Position numbers and translations under genes: made by a program. A model generated the notes under the pieces. The model was not told the DNA's origin. It saw nothing but the letters and a program-made list of their open reading frames with translations, and did no database searches. DNA of 64,000 nt from an uncultured Spirochaetota bacterium (GTDB taxonomy: Bacteria; Spirochaetota; Spirochaetia; SZUA-6; Fen-1364): assembly GCA_963745235.1 (NCBI GenBank), contig CAVUXE010000029.1:1-64000 (forward strand), written 5' to 3'. This document shows positions 50,013 through 60,769 of this stretch, piece by piece (within the stretch, counting starts at the first letter, position 1; the number at the start of each line of letters is the position of its first letter).

Positions 50013-50864
50013 ATGGAGCACTTCGCTCAGCGTTCCTCCGTTGAAGCCCTTGCAGTCCTGATGCGCGGCAAACTGACCGTCGTGCTCAGCGGTGCGGGGC
50101 TGAGCACAGAATCCGGCATCCCCGATTACCGGGGCCCGAGCGCCGTCGCCAGGCGCACCAGGCCCATTTACTATCGCGAGTTCGTCGGGAACGAGGTTCT
50201 GCGTGCCAGGTATTGGGCGCGGAGCGCGGTCGGGTGGCCGCGAGTCTCCGCGGCCCTGCCGAACCCCGGGCATAGGGCGATAGCCCGAATGGAGCACGCA
50301 GGCGCGGTGAGCGGAGTGATCACGCAGAACGTGGACCGGCTTCACCAGGCCGCGGGAAGCAGCAACCTGCTGGAGCTGCACGGCGCCCTGGCGGAGGTGG
50401 TGTGCCTGAGCTGCGGCGCGCGCGAGCATCGGCAGGCGCTCCAGGAGCGCATCCTGGCCTTGAACCCCGGCTGGGCAGACGGTCCGTTTCGCGCCGCCGC
50501 TTCCGCTCCGGACGGTGATGCGCAGATCGATGTTCCCCCCGACGGATCCTTCCGCGTTCCTGCCTGCCTGCGCTGCGGCGGAATGCTCAAGCCTGACGTG
50601 ATCTTCTTTGGTGAGAACGTTCCCCGCTCCCGGGTCGAGCGGGCTCGTCTCATGCTGCATGAAGCAGAGGCGCTCCTGGTTGTCGGTTCCTCCCTCGCCG
50701 TCTACTCCGGATATCGATTCGTCGCGCAGGCATCCCAGGATTCCAAGCCGGTGGCCATCATCAACCTCGGGCCAAGCCGCGGTGACCCTCTTGCCGACAT
50801 CCGCATCGAGGCGCGGCTTGGTGAGGCCTTGCCGCTTTTGTCCTCCCTGCTCGTCGACGTTTGA
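50013..50864 (+). CDS. cobB: NAD-dependent protein deacylase (class II sirtuin)
   Basis: GAGLSTESGIPDYRG, ITQNVDRLH, ELHG, KPDVIFFGENVP, GSSLAVYSG. Confidence 0.92.
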   Translation: MEHFAQRSSVEALAVLMRGKLTVVLSGAGLSTESGIPDYRGPSAVARRTRPIYYREFVGNEVLRARYWARSAVGWPRVSAALPNPGHRAIARMEHAGAVSGVITQNVDRLHQAAGSSNLLELHGALAEVVCLSCGAREHRQALQERILALNPGWADGPFRAAASAPDGDAQIDVPPDGSFRVPACLRCGGMLKPDVIFFGENVPRSRVERARLMLHEAEALLVVGSSLAVYSGYRFVAQASQDSKPVAIINLGPSRGDPLADIRIEARLGEALPLLSSLLVDV

Positions 50865-50942
50865 CGGCCCGCGGACACGGGCGCTCTCCGGACACTGCTG
50901 TTCTTGACGCCCCCGGAACCGCCGGATAGAGTACCTTCAATT

Positions 50943-53132
50943 ATGGAAAGACGCCTGATCACCTCCGCGCTTCCCTACGTGAACAACATTCCCCACCTCG
51001 GGAACCTCATCCAGGTGCTGTCCGCGGACGTTTTTGCCCGCTACTGCCGGCTTGCCGGGTACGAGACGCTCTACATTTGCGGGACCGACGAGTACGGCAC
51101 CGCAACGGAGACAAAGGCGCTGGAGGAAGGGATCACGCCTCGCGAGCTGTGCGACCGCTACCACGCCGTGCATCGCGACATTTACGCGTGGTTCAACATC
51201 GCCTTCGATCATTTTGGACGCACCTCCGTGCCGGTCCATACGGAGACGACTCAGCACATCTTCCTGAAGCTCCATGAAAACGGCTACATCACGCAGCACG
51301 TGCTGCGCCAGCCCTACTGCGAGAACGACCAGCGTTTCCTGGCGGACCGCTATGTCCTGGGGACCTGCCCGCATTGCGGCTACCCGGACGCCCGTGGGGA
51401 CCAGTGCGAAAACTGCGGGAAGCTGCTCGATCCCACCGAGCTCATCGAGCCCCGCTGCAGCGTCTGCGGAACGAAGCCGGTGATCCGTGAGACCACGCAT
51501 CTTTTCATCGACCTCCTCGCGCTGCTTCCGAAGCTGCGCAACTGGATTGAGTCAGCCGCGGAGAAGGGTTTCTGGGCGCGCAACGCGGTCCAGATGACGT
51601 ACGCCTGGATGCGGGATGGCCTGAAGGAACGCGCCATCACGCGCGACCTGAAGTGGGGCATCCCCGTGCCGCTGGACGGCTTCCGCAACAAGGTGTTCTA
51701 CGTGTGGTTCGACGCCTGCATCGGGTACATCTCCATCACGGCGGAGCACACCCCGAATGACTGGAAGAGCTGGTGGTACGCGCCGGAGTCTGTGAAGCTC
51801 TTCCAGTTCATTGGCAAGGACAATATTCCCTTCCACACGGTCATCTTTCCTTCCAGCCTGCTGGGGACCGGGGAAAACTGGACCACGCTGTACCACATGT
51901 CATCCACCGAGTACCTGAACTACGAAGGCGGGAAGTTTTCCAAGAGCAAGGGAATCGGCGTTTTCGGATCCGATGCAAAGGACACCGGGATTCCCGCCGA
52001 TGTATGGAGGTTCTACGTCTATTACAACAGGCCCGAGAGATCGGACGCGCTGTTCACGTGGAAAGACTTCCAGGAAAAGGTGAACGCGGAGCTCATTGGC
52101 AACCTCGGCAACCTTGTCAACCGGACGCTGCAGTTCGTCAGCAGGTTCTATGACGGGGTGATGCCCGCGGGCACGCCGGATGAAAGCTTCTGGCAGGACG
52201 CAAAGAAAATGGAAGCCGAGATTGCCGCGCTTCTGGAGAAGGTGGAGATCAGGGACGCATTCCGCAGGATATTCACCCTGTCATCCCTGGGGAACAAGCG
52301 CTTCCAGGACGGTGAGCCGTGGAAAGGCGTCAAGGAGAACCCGCAGGCCACCGCCAGCCTCATCTGGAACCTCGTGTACCTGGTCCGGGATCTCGCCATC
52401 CTGGTAAGCCCATATATTCCGTCTACCGCGGAGAAGATCGCGGGAATGCTGGGGGTGCAGAAGCTTGTCTGGGCGGACCTCGGTTCGCTTTCGGGGATCG
52501 AGAAGGTCCAGCGGCCCGAGCTTCTTTTTGCGCGGCTCGAAGACAAGCAGATAGAGGCGCTCCGGCTCAGGTTCTCGGGTACCCAGAGGGAGCGGGAGGC
52601 GGCGGACGCAGCTGCTGCAGAAGCGGGGATACGCGTTCTAACGCCCGCGGAGATTGCTTCCCAATTCCGGCAGAAGGTGGACCTGCGCGCGGCGAAGATC
52701 GTGGAGATCAAGCGGCATCCTGACGCGGAGAAGCTCTACGTCGAGACGGTGGATCTTGGGGCGGAAAGGCGGACCATCGTCTCCGGGCTCGTGCCGCACT
52801 ACAAGGAAGAGGAATTGCTCGGCCATACCGTAGTCCTTGTAGCAAACCTGAAGCCGGCGACCCTTCGAGGAGTGGAAAGCAAGGGAATGCTCCTGGCGGC
52901 CCAGGAGGGCAAGACCGTGGAAGTCCTTTTCATCGACCACGCGCAGCCCGGGGATCGCGTCACCCTGAGGGGTGGTCCCGCGGAAGCCGCTCCCGCGGAG
53001 ATCGATATCGATACCTTCTTCACCATGCCCATCGTGGCGGAGGGCTCGCGCGTGCTGGTCGGTGATGCCGAGCTGGAATGCGGCGGCAGGACGGTCGTCA
53101 CGTCGAAAGTCGCGAAGGGCAGGGTGAAGTAA
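50943..53132 (+). CDS. metG: methionine--tRNA ligase with C-terminal tRNA-binding domain
   Basis: SALPYVN..PHLGN, GTDEYG, Zn knuckles, YVWFDA, GKDNIPFH, KFSKS, HPDAEKL. Confidence 0.97.
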   Translation: MERRLITSALPYVNNIPHLGNLIQVLSADVFARYCRLAGYETLYICGTDEYGTATETKALEEGITPRELCDRYHAVHRDIYAWFNIAFDHFGRTSVPVHTETTQHIFLKLHENGYITQHVLRQPYCENDQRFLADRYVLGTCPHCGYPDARGDQCENCGKLLDPTELIEPRCSVCGTKPVIRETTHLFIDLLALLPKLRNWIESAAEKGFWARNAVQMTYAWMRDGLKERAITRDLKWGIPVPLDGFRNKVFYVWFDACIGYISITAEHTPNDWKSWWYAPESVKLFQFIGKDNIPFHTVIFPSSLLGTGENWTTLYHMSSTEYLNYEGGKFSKSKGIGVFGSDAKDTGIPADVWRFYVYYNRPERSDALFTWKDFQEKVNAELIGNLGNLVNRTLQFVSRFYDGVMPAGTPDESFWQDAKKMEAEIAALLEKVEIRDAFRRIFTLSSLGNKRFQDGEPWKGVKENPQATASLIWNLVYLVRDLAILVSPYIPSTAEKIAGMLGVQKLVWADLGSLSGIEKVQRPELLFARLEDKQIEALRLRFSGTQREREAADAAAAEAGIRVLTPAEIASQFRQKVDLRAAKIVEIKRHPDAEKLYVETVDLGAERRTIVSGLVPHYKEEELLGHTVVLVANLKPATLRGVESKGMLLAAQEGKTVEVLFIDHAQPGDRVTLRGGPAEAAPAEIDIDTFFTMPIVAEGSRVLVGDAELECGGRTVVTSKVAKGRVK

Positions 53133-54198
53133 TCGAGATATCGCTCAGCCCCGCGGCCCTGACCGACCTCGACTCCTCGGAGGAGCTGCTCCAACCGGGT
53201 GGTGGGGCAGCTTCAAGCAATCTCATGGGTGGCGGGCGCATCCGTTCATCGCCACAGCGGCGGGGCAGCGGTTCGGCCTCCTGGTGCTGACACGGACCTT
53301 CCTTCGGCGCTTCGTGATCGCGTACGTGCCCTTCGGGCCGACCTTTGATCCCGGGTGCAGAAGGGGTGAGTACCTCTCTTCCCTGGCGCGTGAGCTTCGC
53401 CCCCACCTGCCACCGGGCACGCTGTTCCTCAGGTTCGACCTGCCGTGGGGAAAAGCGGGGGAAGAACCCTCCTGGCGCGGCCGCGGGCCGGGGGTCAGGA
53501 AGTCTCCCAGTGACATCCAGCCGCCAAGCACGGTTGTGGTGGACATCTCAGGCCCTCTGGACACCATCCTTTCCGGCATGAAGGCCAAAACGAGGTACAA
53601 CGTCAGGCTGGCGGAAAAGAAAGGCGTCACGGTGCGGGAGGAGAGCGAGGAAGCCTTTGACCCCTGGTACTCGATGTACCAGGAAACGAGCCGGCGGGAC
53701 CGGATCTCCATCCATTCTCCCTCCTATTACAGGGGCCTGTTTGCCGAGGGGAAATCCTACCCGGGAAAGGGGCCCATCGTTTCGCTCCTCACGGCCAGGC
53801 ACGAAGGAGATCTCCTGGCCGGCAACATCTGCGTTTTCTGGAAGAGCAGGGGAGTCTACCTGACGGGTGCTTCCTCCAACGCGAAGCGGAATCTCATGCC
53901 GACGTATGCGCTCCAGTGGGAGGCCATGCAGAGGGCAAAGCAGGCCGGCTGCGTGGAATACGACCTGTACGGGATCCCGCCGAATCCCGATCCGGATCAC
54001 CCCATGTATGGCCTCTACCAGTTCAAGACCGGGTTCTCCAACACGATCATTGAGCGATGGGGAACGTGGGATGTCCCCTATCGTTCCGCCTTCTATGCTC
54101 CCTACCGGGCCGCGGAGGAAGCCCGGCTGTTCTATTTCCGTACCCTGAAGAAACGCATGCGCCGTCGACACGACCGGCCCGTCCGGGTTGCCGAATGA
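53132..54198 (+). CDS. femX: FemABX family peptidoglycan bridge aminoacyltransferase (5' indel near 53193; start approximate)
   Basis: LLQ.GWWG.FK, YVPFGP, MKAKTRYNVRLAEKKGV, LQWEAM, YDLYGI, GLYQFKTGF. Confidence 0.85.
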
Positions 54199-54214
54199 CG
54201 TCCCGGGGCGTACT

Positions 54215-55207
54215 ATGAACCTCGTGACAAATGTGCGCGGACTGCTGGCCGCCTGCGTGGTGTTGGGCGCCGCCGTTCTTCCTCCCGGATCGCAGGCCCT
54301 CCCTGTTTCCGTCTCGACGACCTCCGGCGTCATGCTGGGCGGAGTGAAGGAGCTCGTCTATCAGAGCGGATATACCGTGAGCGAGCTGGACTGGCCGCTG
54401 CTGCCGGCGCTCTACGCGGGAGCCACGGTGGATATTGGAGAGACCTCGGGGTTTCTCGCGAAGGTCGAGCTCCAGCTGGGAATCCCGGCGAACGCCGGGA
54501 CCATGACGGACTCGGATTTTCTCAACGGGGACGGCGTCAAGACGCATTTTTCGCAGGCGGACGGTGATATGGAAAGCGCTTTGCTCCTGAGCGCGCAGGC
54601 CGGCTGGGGCATTCCCTTCGAATTGTCCGAGGGAAAGACGGGAACTCTCGAGCCGTTTCTTTCCTTCGAATATGTGCGGCTGGAGTGGACCGCGCAAAAT
54701 GGCTACCTGCAGTATCCCCCGGAGACGAACGCCCCATTCACTCCGTGGTCGCCATCTACCCCGCAGACACCGGTGTACGGCACCGTGATCATTTACACCC
54801 AGAACTACCTGATCCCCGCCATCGGCATGAAGGGTTCCCTGCCAGTCATGGACAGCCTGACGGTGTCCGCATCTTTCAGTTTCTCCCCATTCGTGTGGTG
54901 CATTGACAAAGACAGCCATCTCCTGCGGCAGCTTGATTTCTACTCAACCATGCATGGGGGGCTGCTCATTGAGCCCCGCGTGGGGGCCACCTACAGGATC
55001 TCCAACCGAAGCTCCATCTCACTCGATGTTCTCTATCGGCACATATCATCTCTCATTGGTGACACCTACGAAGTGGGGACCGGCGCGGTGGGGTACTCGC
55101 AGATAGGTTTGCTCGCCCCAGGGCAGCAGTCTATAACTTTCACAAACGGCGCAGGAGCTTCGATGGATATCGTCAGCATCACCGTATCCCTGGGCGTATC
55201 CCTGTAA
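54215..55207 (+). CDS. omptin family outer-membrane protease
   Basis: signal peptide; KELVY, SELDW, MTDSDF (DxD) and DKDSH (DxH) catalytic motifs. Confidence 0.85.
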   Translation: MNLVTNVRGLLAACVVLGAAVLPPGSQALPVSVSTTSGVMLGGVKELVYQSGYTVSELDWPLLPALYAGATVDIGETSGFLAKVELQLGIPANAGTMTDSDFLNGDGVKTHFSQADGDMESALLLSAQAGWGIPFELSEGKTGTLEPFLSFEYVRLEWTAQNGYLQYPPETNAPFTPWSPSTPQTPVYGTVIIYTQNYLIPAIGMKGSLPVMDSLTVSASFSFSPFVWCIDKDSHLLRQLDFYSTMHGGLLIEPRVGATYRISNRSSISLDVLYRHISSLIGDTYEVGTGAVGYSQIGLLAPGQQSITFTNGAGASMDIVSITVSLGVSL

Positions 55208-55228
55208 GCGTCGCCGCGTCTGGTCCAC

Positions 55229-55990
55229 TCAGCGAGCCAGCCACCCCCCATCAACGGCAATGGTATACCCGTTGACGTAGTTGGACGCGTCTGAAGCGAG
55301 GAACACCACCGGCCCCATCAGGTCCGCCGGAAGTCCCCATCTCCCCGCGGGTATGCGCTGCAGTATTTCCGCGCTTCTCTGCTCATCCGCCCGGAGCGCC
55401 GCGGTGTTGTTGGTGATCATGTATCCGGGCGCAATGGCGTTGACCGTGATGTTGTCCCTGGCCCACTCGTTCGCCATGAGGCGCGTGATGCCCATCACGC
55501 CGCTCTTGGAAGCCGTGTAGGAGGGAACCCTGATACCGCCCTGGAAGGAGAGCATGGAGGCGATGTTGATGATCTTCCCTCCGGAACCTTGCCGCATGAA
55601 CACGCGCGCGGCCGCCTGGCTCATGAAGAAGACGGCCTTCACGTTGATGCTCATCACATCGTCCCAGTCCTTCTCTGAGAAGTTGATGGCGTCCTCCCGG
55701 CGGACGATTCCAGCGTTGTTCACAAGGATGTCGAGCCTGCCGAAGGCTTGCGTTGCTTCCTGCATGATCCGCTCCACCGGATCAGTCGTCACGAGGTCAG
55801 CCGTCACGCCGAGGAACCGCCGTCCAAACTTCTCTACGGCTGCTTTCGTTTCTTTCGCGGGCGCCAGGCCGACCCCCACCACGTCCGCCCCGGCTTCGGC
55901 CAGCGCGAGGCACATGGCCTGTCCCAGGCCCGTGCTGCATCCCGTGACAATGGCAACCTTCCCATCCAGCTTGAATGAGTCCAGTATCAT
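55229..55990 (-). CDS. kduD: 2-dehydro-3-deoxy-D-gluconate 5-dehydrogenase
   Basis: MILDSF.L.GKVAIVTG, ASMLSFQGGIRVPSYTASKSG, DGGWLAR. Confidence 0.95.
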   Translation of the reverse strand: MILDSFKLDGKVAIVTGCSTGLGQAMCLALAEAGADVVGVGLAPAKETKAAVEKFGRRFLGVTADLVTTDPVERIMQEATQAFGRLDILVNNAGIVRREDAINFSEKDWDDVMSINVKAVFFMSQAAARVFMRQGSGGKIINIASMLSFQGGIRVPSYTASKSGVMGITRLMANEWARDNITVNAIAPGYMITNNTAALRADEQRSAEILQRIPAGRWGLPADLMGPVVFLASDASNYVNGYTIAVDGGWLAR

Positions 55991-56002
55991 GTCTTTTTTC
56001 CT

Positions 56003-57085
56003 TTACTTGATCAGGCGGATGGTCTCGTTGTAGGTGTCAGCGACGTACAGGCCGGGTGTTGTCGGATAGTAGACGAGCCGCATGGGATGATTGAACGTCG
56101 CCACGTTCCCCGCGCCGTCGCCGCTCCCCGTGAGCTGTCCCTGGCCGGCCAGAGTCGTGACGCTGCCGCTGGAGATGGTGATCTGGCGGATCACCGCGTT
56201 GAGTGTGTCGGCAATATAAAGATTTGTATTGGTGTTGTCGATCGCTATGCCTTCGGGCCAGTTGAACTCGGCCGTCAAGCCTGCGCCGTCCACATCCCCC
56301 TTGACGCCCGGCTGGCCGGCGATGGTGGTCACGACACCCGCGGTGGTGACGAGGCGGACCGTGTCGTTGCCCGTGTCCACGACATAGAGATTCGTTGGGC
56401 CGCCATCAGACACAATGCCCTGCGGGTAGGTGAAAATCGCCGAGGAACCTGTTCCATCCGCGCTCCCCGCGACCAGTTGCTGACCGGCGAGGATCGTCAC
56501 GGTGCCGCCTGTTGCCGCAACCTTGTCAATCGTGCAATTCCCGCTGTCTGCGATATACAGCATGTTCGGCGCCCCCGCCACCCAGCAGATTCCAAGGGGA
56601 TTGTTCAATCCAGTTGCAACAGTGCTGGCGAGCCACACGGCTCCCGGTTTTGTCAGCACGCGAATCACGTTGTTTCCTGAATCGGCCACAAAAAGGCTCG
56701 CCCCGTCGGTTGTAATCCCTTCCGGATGGTTGAAGTACGCGTAAGGAACGGAGGTTCCAGCGTTGTCGAAGTAGCCAGCCACGCCGGCCACGCCGGCAAT
56801 TGTCGTCACCGCTCCAGTGGTAAGGCTCATCTGCCGGATGGTGGAGTTGTTCGAGTCGCAGAAGTAGAGAGTGCTTCCGATGATGACCATCCCGGCGGGG
56901 AACGACAGGGTCGCTCCTGTTCCCGTGCCGTCGGCGCTCCCCATCACTCCGGCCTGGCCGGCAACCGTGGAGACGGTCTTTGAAGGCAGCCCGACTGGTC
57001 CCATTGCGACGCTGGACACGACGCAGGAGGCCACGCCCATAGAGACCAGGGCCATAACCGCAATCCCGGCACTATGCCTTTTCAT
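56003..57085 (-). CDS. NHL-repeat lipoprotein
   Basis: VASC lipobox; repeated TIAG..G..G..DG....A.F..P.GI..D....LYVAD..N..IR units. Confidence 0.85.
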   Translation of the reverse strand: MKRHSAGIAVMALVSMGVASCVVSSVAMGPVGLPSKTVSTVAGQAGVMGSADGTGTGATLSFPAGMVIIGSTLYFCDSNNSTIRQMSLTTGAVTTIAGVAGVAGYFDNAGTSVPYAYFNHPEGITTDGASLFVADSGNNVIRVLTKPGAVWLASTVATGLNNPLGICWVAGAPNMLYIADSGNCTIDKVAATGGTVTILAGQQLVAGSADGTGSSAIFTYPQGIVSDGGPTNLYVVDTGNDTVRLVTTAGVVTTIAGQPGVKGDVDGAGLTAEFNWPEGIAIDNTNTNLYIADTLNAVIRQITISSGSVTTLAGQGQLTGSGDGAGNVATFNHPMRLVYYPTTPGLYVADTYNETIRLIK

Positions 57086-57204
57086 CTATTTCAATAATGC
57101 CACCGGGAACGGCTGCCTGCCAATACTCCCGGCGCGGGCACCTATTCGAGACGGCGATTTTGTGCTTATCTTTGCCTTCGCGAACGTTTGCGGGAGGGAT
57201 TTGC

Positions 57205-57639
57205 GTGGTCCTCAATCGCGCCCGGCGCGCGTGCGTCATAGCTTTCCTCGCGGTCGCTGCAGCGTCATTCGCGGAGCCGGCAATACCTGACGGCTTCTGG
57301 CAGTCAGCGCTGCAGATCAGGGAGGGCGTCTCGGATTTCGGCGGGAGGACCGTCGGAGCTTTCTTCCGGGACGTGAGGTTCCAGGAGCTCTCTCTGCCCA
57401 ACGGCGCAAGCACCACTTTTGAGATGACGCCCAAGAGCTTTGATGGCTCAGAGGTTGTCCTCGAGTACTCCATCATCAACAACGGAATGGTGTCGGAGTA
57501 TTTCGACTTTCATTTCAAGTACAAGGGAACGGTCTCTGTCCTCTACAAGCTTTCCCGCGGTGAGGCCGCGCTGGAGGGCTACCAGCAGATGCGCCGCATC
57601 ATGAAGGAGTTCTACCTCCCCTCCCTCGTCTCCAAGTGA
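57205..57639 (+). CDS. hypothetical secreted protein
   Basis: GGGAGG RBS before GTG 57205; signal peptide ending AAASFA. Confidence 0.6.
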   Translation: MVLNRARRACVIAFLAVAAASFAEPAIPDGFWQSALQIREGVSDFGGRTVGAFFRDVRFQELSLPNGASTTFEMTPKSFDGSEVVLEYSIINNGMVSEYFDFHFKYKGTVSVLYKLSRGEAALEGYQQMRRIMKEFYLPSLVSK

Positions 57640-58313
57640 ACCAGTGAGGCAAATCGCTTCAGGATCTCGCCGCCAATCGGGGTGTCAAAGATCTGGGCCC
57701 CCGGAGAGGACTCTTCAATAGCGGCATACGCCCGCATGATTCCCGCATCGAACTCGGGGTGAAACTGCACACCCCAGGCACAGTCACCGACGCGGAAGGC
57801 CTGGTAACGGTCCCAGGGATTGGCCGCAAGGTGAACGGCCCCCGGGGGCAGGCTCAGCACGGACTGTGAATGGGCGAGGTGGACATCGATGGTAGCCGGC
57901 AGACCGCCGAGCAGGGGATCCTGGAATGCCGCATCCAGCAGCGTGACGGATGTCGTTCCCATTTCCTTTCCGCGCGGATTCCAGTCCACCCGGCCGCCGA
58001 GGGCGTGGGCCAGGAGCTGGTGGCCATAGCAGATCCCGAGTGTTGGAGTCCCGGACGCCACGGCATCCGACAGCCAGGAGGCCGTCTGCTCGCTCCACTC
58101 GAGGCGATCGGTCACCATGTCGTGGGAGCCGGTGATCACGATCCCTCCCGCCTGCGTCGGCTGCGGGAGCGGCTGGCCCGCGGCCACATCCACCACCTCG
58201 GCTTGGGCGGTCTCAAGCCCCATGCCGGCAAGGATCCAGTCCTCGAAATCTCCCCGCAGAGCCCTGAGGGATGGAATCGTGTCGCCCGTCTTTATGATGA
58301 CCAGCCTTTGCAT
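57612..58313 (-). CDS. class I glutamine amidotransferase
   Basis: IIKTG, ITGS, GICYGHQLL, GVQFHPE. Confidence 0.9.
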   Translation of the reverse strand: MQRLVIIKTGDTIPSLRALRGDFEDWILAGMGLETAQAEVVDVAAGQPLPQPTQAGGIVITGSHDMVTDRLEWSEQTASWLSDAVASGTPTLGICYGHQLLAHALGGRVDWNPRGKEMGTTSVTLLDAAFQDPLLGGLPATIDVHLAHSQSVLSLPPGAVHLAANPWDRYQAFRVGDCAWGVQFHPEFDAGIMRAYAAIEESSPGAQIFDTPIGGEILKRFASLVHLETREGR

Positions 58314-58400
58314 GATTGCCTTCAATCTCCGGCTCAGAATATAGCCGATTTCGCCGGGTTGGTGCGCGGTGAGTATTTTCTATACAGCGTGGAATATAGC

Positions 58401-59660
58401 GTGAAATCGATTGAAGGCTGGTATGTCTCCTACGCCCTCCTCGGCGCGGCGGCCGCCGGCATTCTTCCCATCCTCCTCCCCACCGTGGTCGCCAGGACGT
58501 CGGTCGCGGCGCACGTGGGCCTTGTCATGGCGACTTTCAACCTCGGGGGGCTCAGCGCGCCTCTGTGGGGAAGGCTTGCCGACGCCCGACGTCTCCACAG
58601 GGCGCTGCTCGCCGGCGGGATGGCATGCACTGCTTGCGCGTCGGTTGCCTTTCCTTTTGCCCCGTCTCTGCCCGCTTGGCTCGCTCTTGCTTTCCTCCAG
58701 GGGATCGGAGTTGCGGCGGCGGCCACCACGGCGAACCTTTTCATTGTCGAGGCGCACCCACGCTCCCAGTGGGACGCCAAGATCGGATGGCTGCAGACCT
58801 TTTACGGAGGAGGACAGGTGGCAGGCCTGTTGGCGGCGGGCCTCTTTGCCCAGGATGCCTCCAGCGCCGGCCTCATGACAGCCGGAGGCCTGGCTGCTGT
58901 TGCCGTTCTTCCCGCCCTCCTGGCCACACCGAGGCTTCCTCCACAGCAGACCCTGAAAAGGCCGACGCTGACGCACCCCGTGCGCCACGCGGAATGGCCC
59001 ACCGGTTCTCCCCAGCGCATGTACCATCATCCGACCACGAGCGGGCTGCGGCTCCTAGGTTCTTCCCAAAGGGCATCCTTCCGATTGTTCCTGGCGGGAT
59101 GGTTTCTCAGCTTTGGCGGGAGCGCAGCCTTCTTTTCCCTGTATCCAGTCGTGATGCGGCAAACCTATGGAGTCGGCCCCGCGCTCTCCTCGGCCGGCTT
59201 TGCCGTCTCAGCGGGGCTGGGACTCCTTCTCTACACCCCGGCGGGGCGATGGTCAACCCGGGGCAGGCCTCTCACCGTGCTCCGCACGGGACTGGCAGTC
59301 CGTGCCGCGTCGTATGCCGTCGTATCGTTGCTGGTATTCACCCGGGGACCTCTGCGCGGCTGGCTGACCCTCGGGACTTTCCTAGTTATCGTCCTCGCCT
59401 GGTCGGCACTGAGCGTCGCCAGCACGGCCCTGGTTGCGGACATGTATGCGCGCGGCAAGAGCGAGGGCGAAGGCCTTGGCCTTTTCAACGCCGCAACGGC
59501 ACTTGCAGGCGTCGCGGGGTCGGCTGGAGGGGGGTGGGCGGCCGGGGCCTGGGGCTACGGCGCAATACCCCTGTTGGCCCTGGTCGGAACAGCAGCGGGG
59601 CTTGCGGTTTTCCTTGCAGGCAGCTTCGAGGGTCGCGTTCGTCAGGAGGTACCCCAATGA
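58401..59660 (+). CDS. MFS transporter
   Basis: about 12 TM; WGRLADARR motif A; ATGA overlap with the next gene. Confidence 0.85.
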   Translation: MKSIEGWYVSYALLGAAAAGILPILLPTVVARTSVAAHVGLVMATFNLGGLSAPLWGRLADARRLHRALLAGGMACTACASVAFPFAPSLPAWLALAFLQGIGVAAAATTANLFIVEAHPRSQWDAKIGWLQTFYGGGQVAGLLAAGLFAQDASSAGLMTAGGLAAVAVLPALLATPRLPPQQTLKRPTLTHPVRHAEWPTGSPQRMYHHPTTSGLRLLGSSQRASFRLFLAGWFLSFGGSAAFFSLYPVVMRQTYGVGPALSSAGFAVSAGLGLLLYTPAGRWSTRGRPLTVLRTGLAVRAASYAVVSLLVFTRGPLRGWLTLGTFLVIVLAWSALSVASTALVADMYARGKSEGEGLGLFNAATALAGVAGSAGGGWAAGAWGYGAIPLLALVGTAAGLAVFLAGSFEGRVRQEVPQ

Positions 59661-60751
59661 AGGCCATTTGTCTCACCACGGGAACCACGGAGCTGAAGCT
59701 CGTCGACCGGCCGCAGCCTTCCGTGAAAGGTGAAGACGAGGTGCTGGCGCGCGTCATCCGCGTAGGTATCTGCGGCACCGACCGCGAAGAGGCTTCCGGC
59801 GGTCGCGCGCGGGCTCCAGGAGACGGCAAGGATCTTGTCATCGGTCATGAAATGCTGGGGCGGGTGGTGCAGACCGGCGCATCTGTCTCACGGGTGAAGC
59901 CGGGAGACCTTGCTGTGTTCACCGTCCGCCGCGGTTGCGGTGATTGCCTGCCGTGCGCGATGAACCGTTCCGACATGTGCCTGACGGGCGGCTACAAGGA
60001 GCGCGGGATCTGGGGTCTCGACGGCTACCAGACGGAGCTGGTGGTGGACTCGGAGCGTTACGTCGTGCGAGTCCCGACGCTGCTCGAAAGCACGGGTGTC
60101 CTCACGGAGCCCCTCTCCGTGGCCGAGAAGGCCATCGATGAGGCAGTGAGAATCCAGTCGACGAGACTCCCCGAATCGGCAGCGCGGCCGTACTGGCTTC
60201 ACGGCCGGCGCTGCCTCGTGGCCGGTCTCGGGCCCATCGGGCTTCTTGGCGCCATGGCGCTTCGCCTTCGCGGCGCCGAGGTATACGGCCTCGATATCGT
60301 GGATGAAGCGAGCACACGGCCCGCCTGGCTCCGGAGCGTTGGAGGGATCTACGTGGATGCCCGCGCGACCCGTCCGGGCGGCATGGAAGGGATGCAGCTC
60401 ATCTTCGAGGCCACGGGCGTCGCTGCACTGGAGTTCAATCTCCTGGATGCCCTGGGGAAGAACGGCATCTACGTGTTGACGGGGATTCCCGGCGGAGACA
60501 GGCCTCTTCAGCTGGAGGGTGCCGAGATCATCCGAAAGCTCGTCCTGGAGAACCAGGTGATGGTGGGAAGCGTCAACGCATCCCGCGACCATTTCCAGCT
60601 TGCGGTGGACGACCTGGAGCAGGCGCGGACCAGGTGGCCGGGGCTCGTGGAAGGGCTCATCACTGCCCGCCGCCCGTACGCTGATTTCAGGGAGGCTCTT
60701 GCAAGTCACGAGCCTGACGAGATCAAGGTGACCCTCGAGTGGGGCCGGTAA
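59657..60751 (+). CDS. Zn-dependent glucose 1-dehydrogenase (MDR family)
   Basis: GICGTDRE, GHE, TVRRGCG.C..C, ERGI.G.DG, EPLSVAEKA, GLGPIG, VGSVNA. Confidence 0.88.
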   Translation: MKAICLTTGTTELKLVDRPQPSVKGEDEVLARVIRVGICGTDREEASGGRARAPGDGKDLVIGHEMLGRVVQTGASVSRVKPGDLAVFTVRRGCGDCLPCAMNRSDMCLTGGYKERGIWGLDGYQTELVVDSERYVVRVPTLLESTGVLTEPLSVAEKAIDEAVRIQSTRLPESAARPYWLHGRRCLVAGLGPIGLLGAMALRLRGAEVYGLDIVDEASTRPAWLRSVGGIYVDARATRPGGMEGMQLIFEATGVAALEFNLLDALGKNGIYVLTGIPGGDRPLQLEGAEIIRKLVLENQVMVGSVNASRDHFQLAVDDLEQARTRWPGLVEGLITARRPYADFREALASHEPDEIKVTLEWGR

Positions 60752-60769
60752 GAGAGGAAAAGAAGGAGC

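Noticed and set aside
56003-57085. Repetitive DNA as a possible array
   Set aside because: Explained by NHL protein repeats
58565-60751. 728-aa fusion ORF
   Set aside because: The upstream part is an alternative frame of the MFS gene; the real dehydrogenase starts at ATG 59657 after AGGAGG
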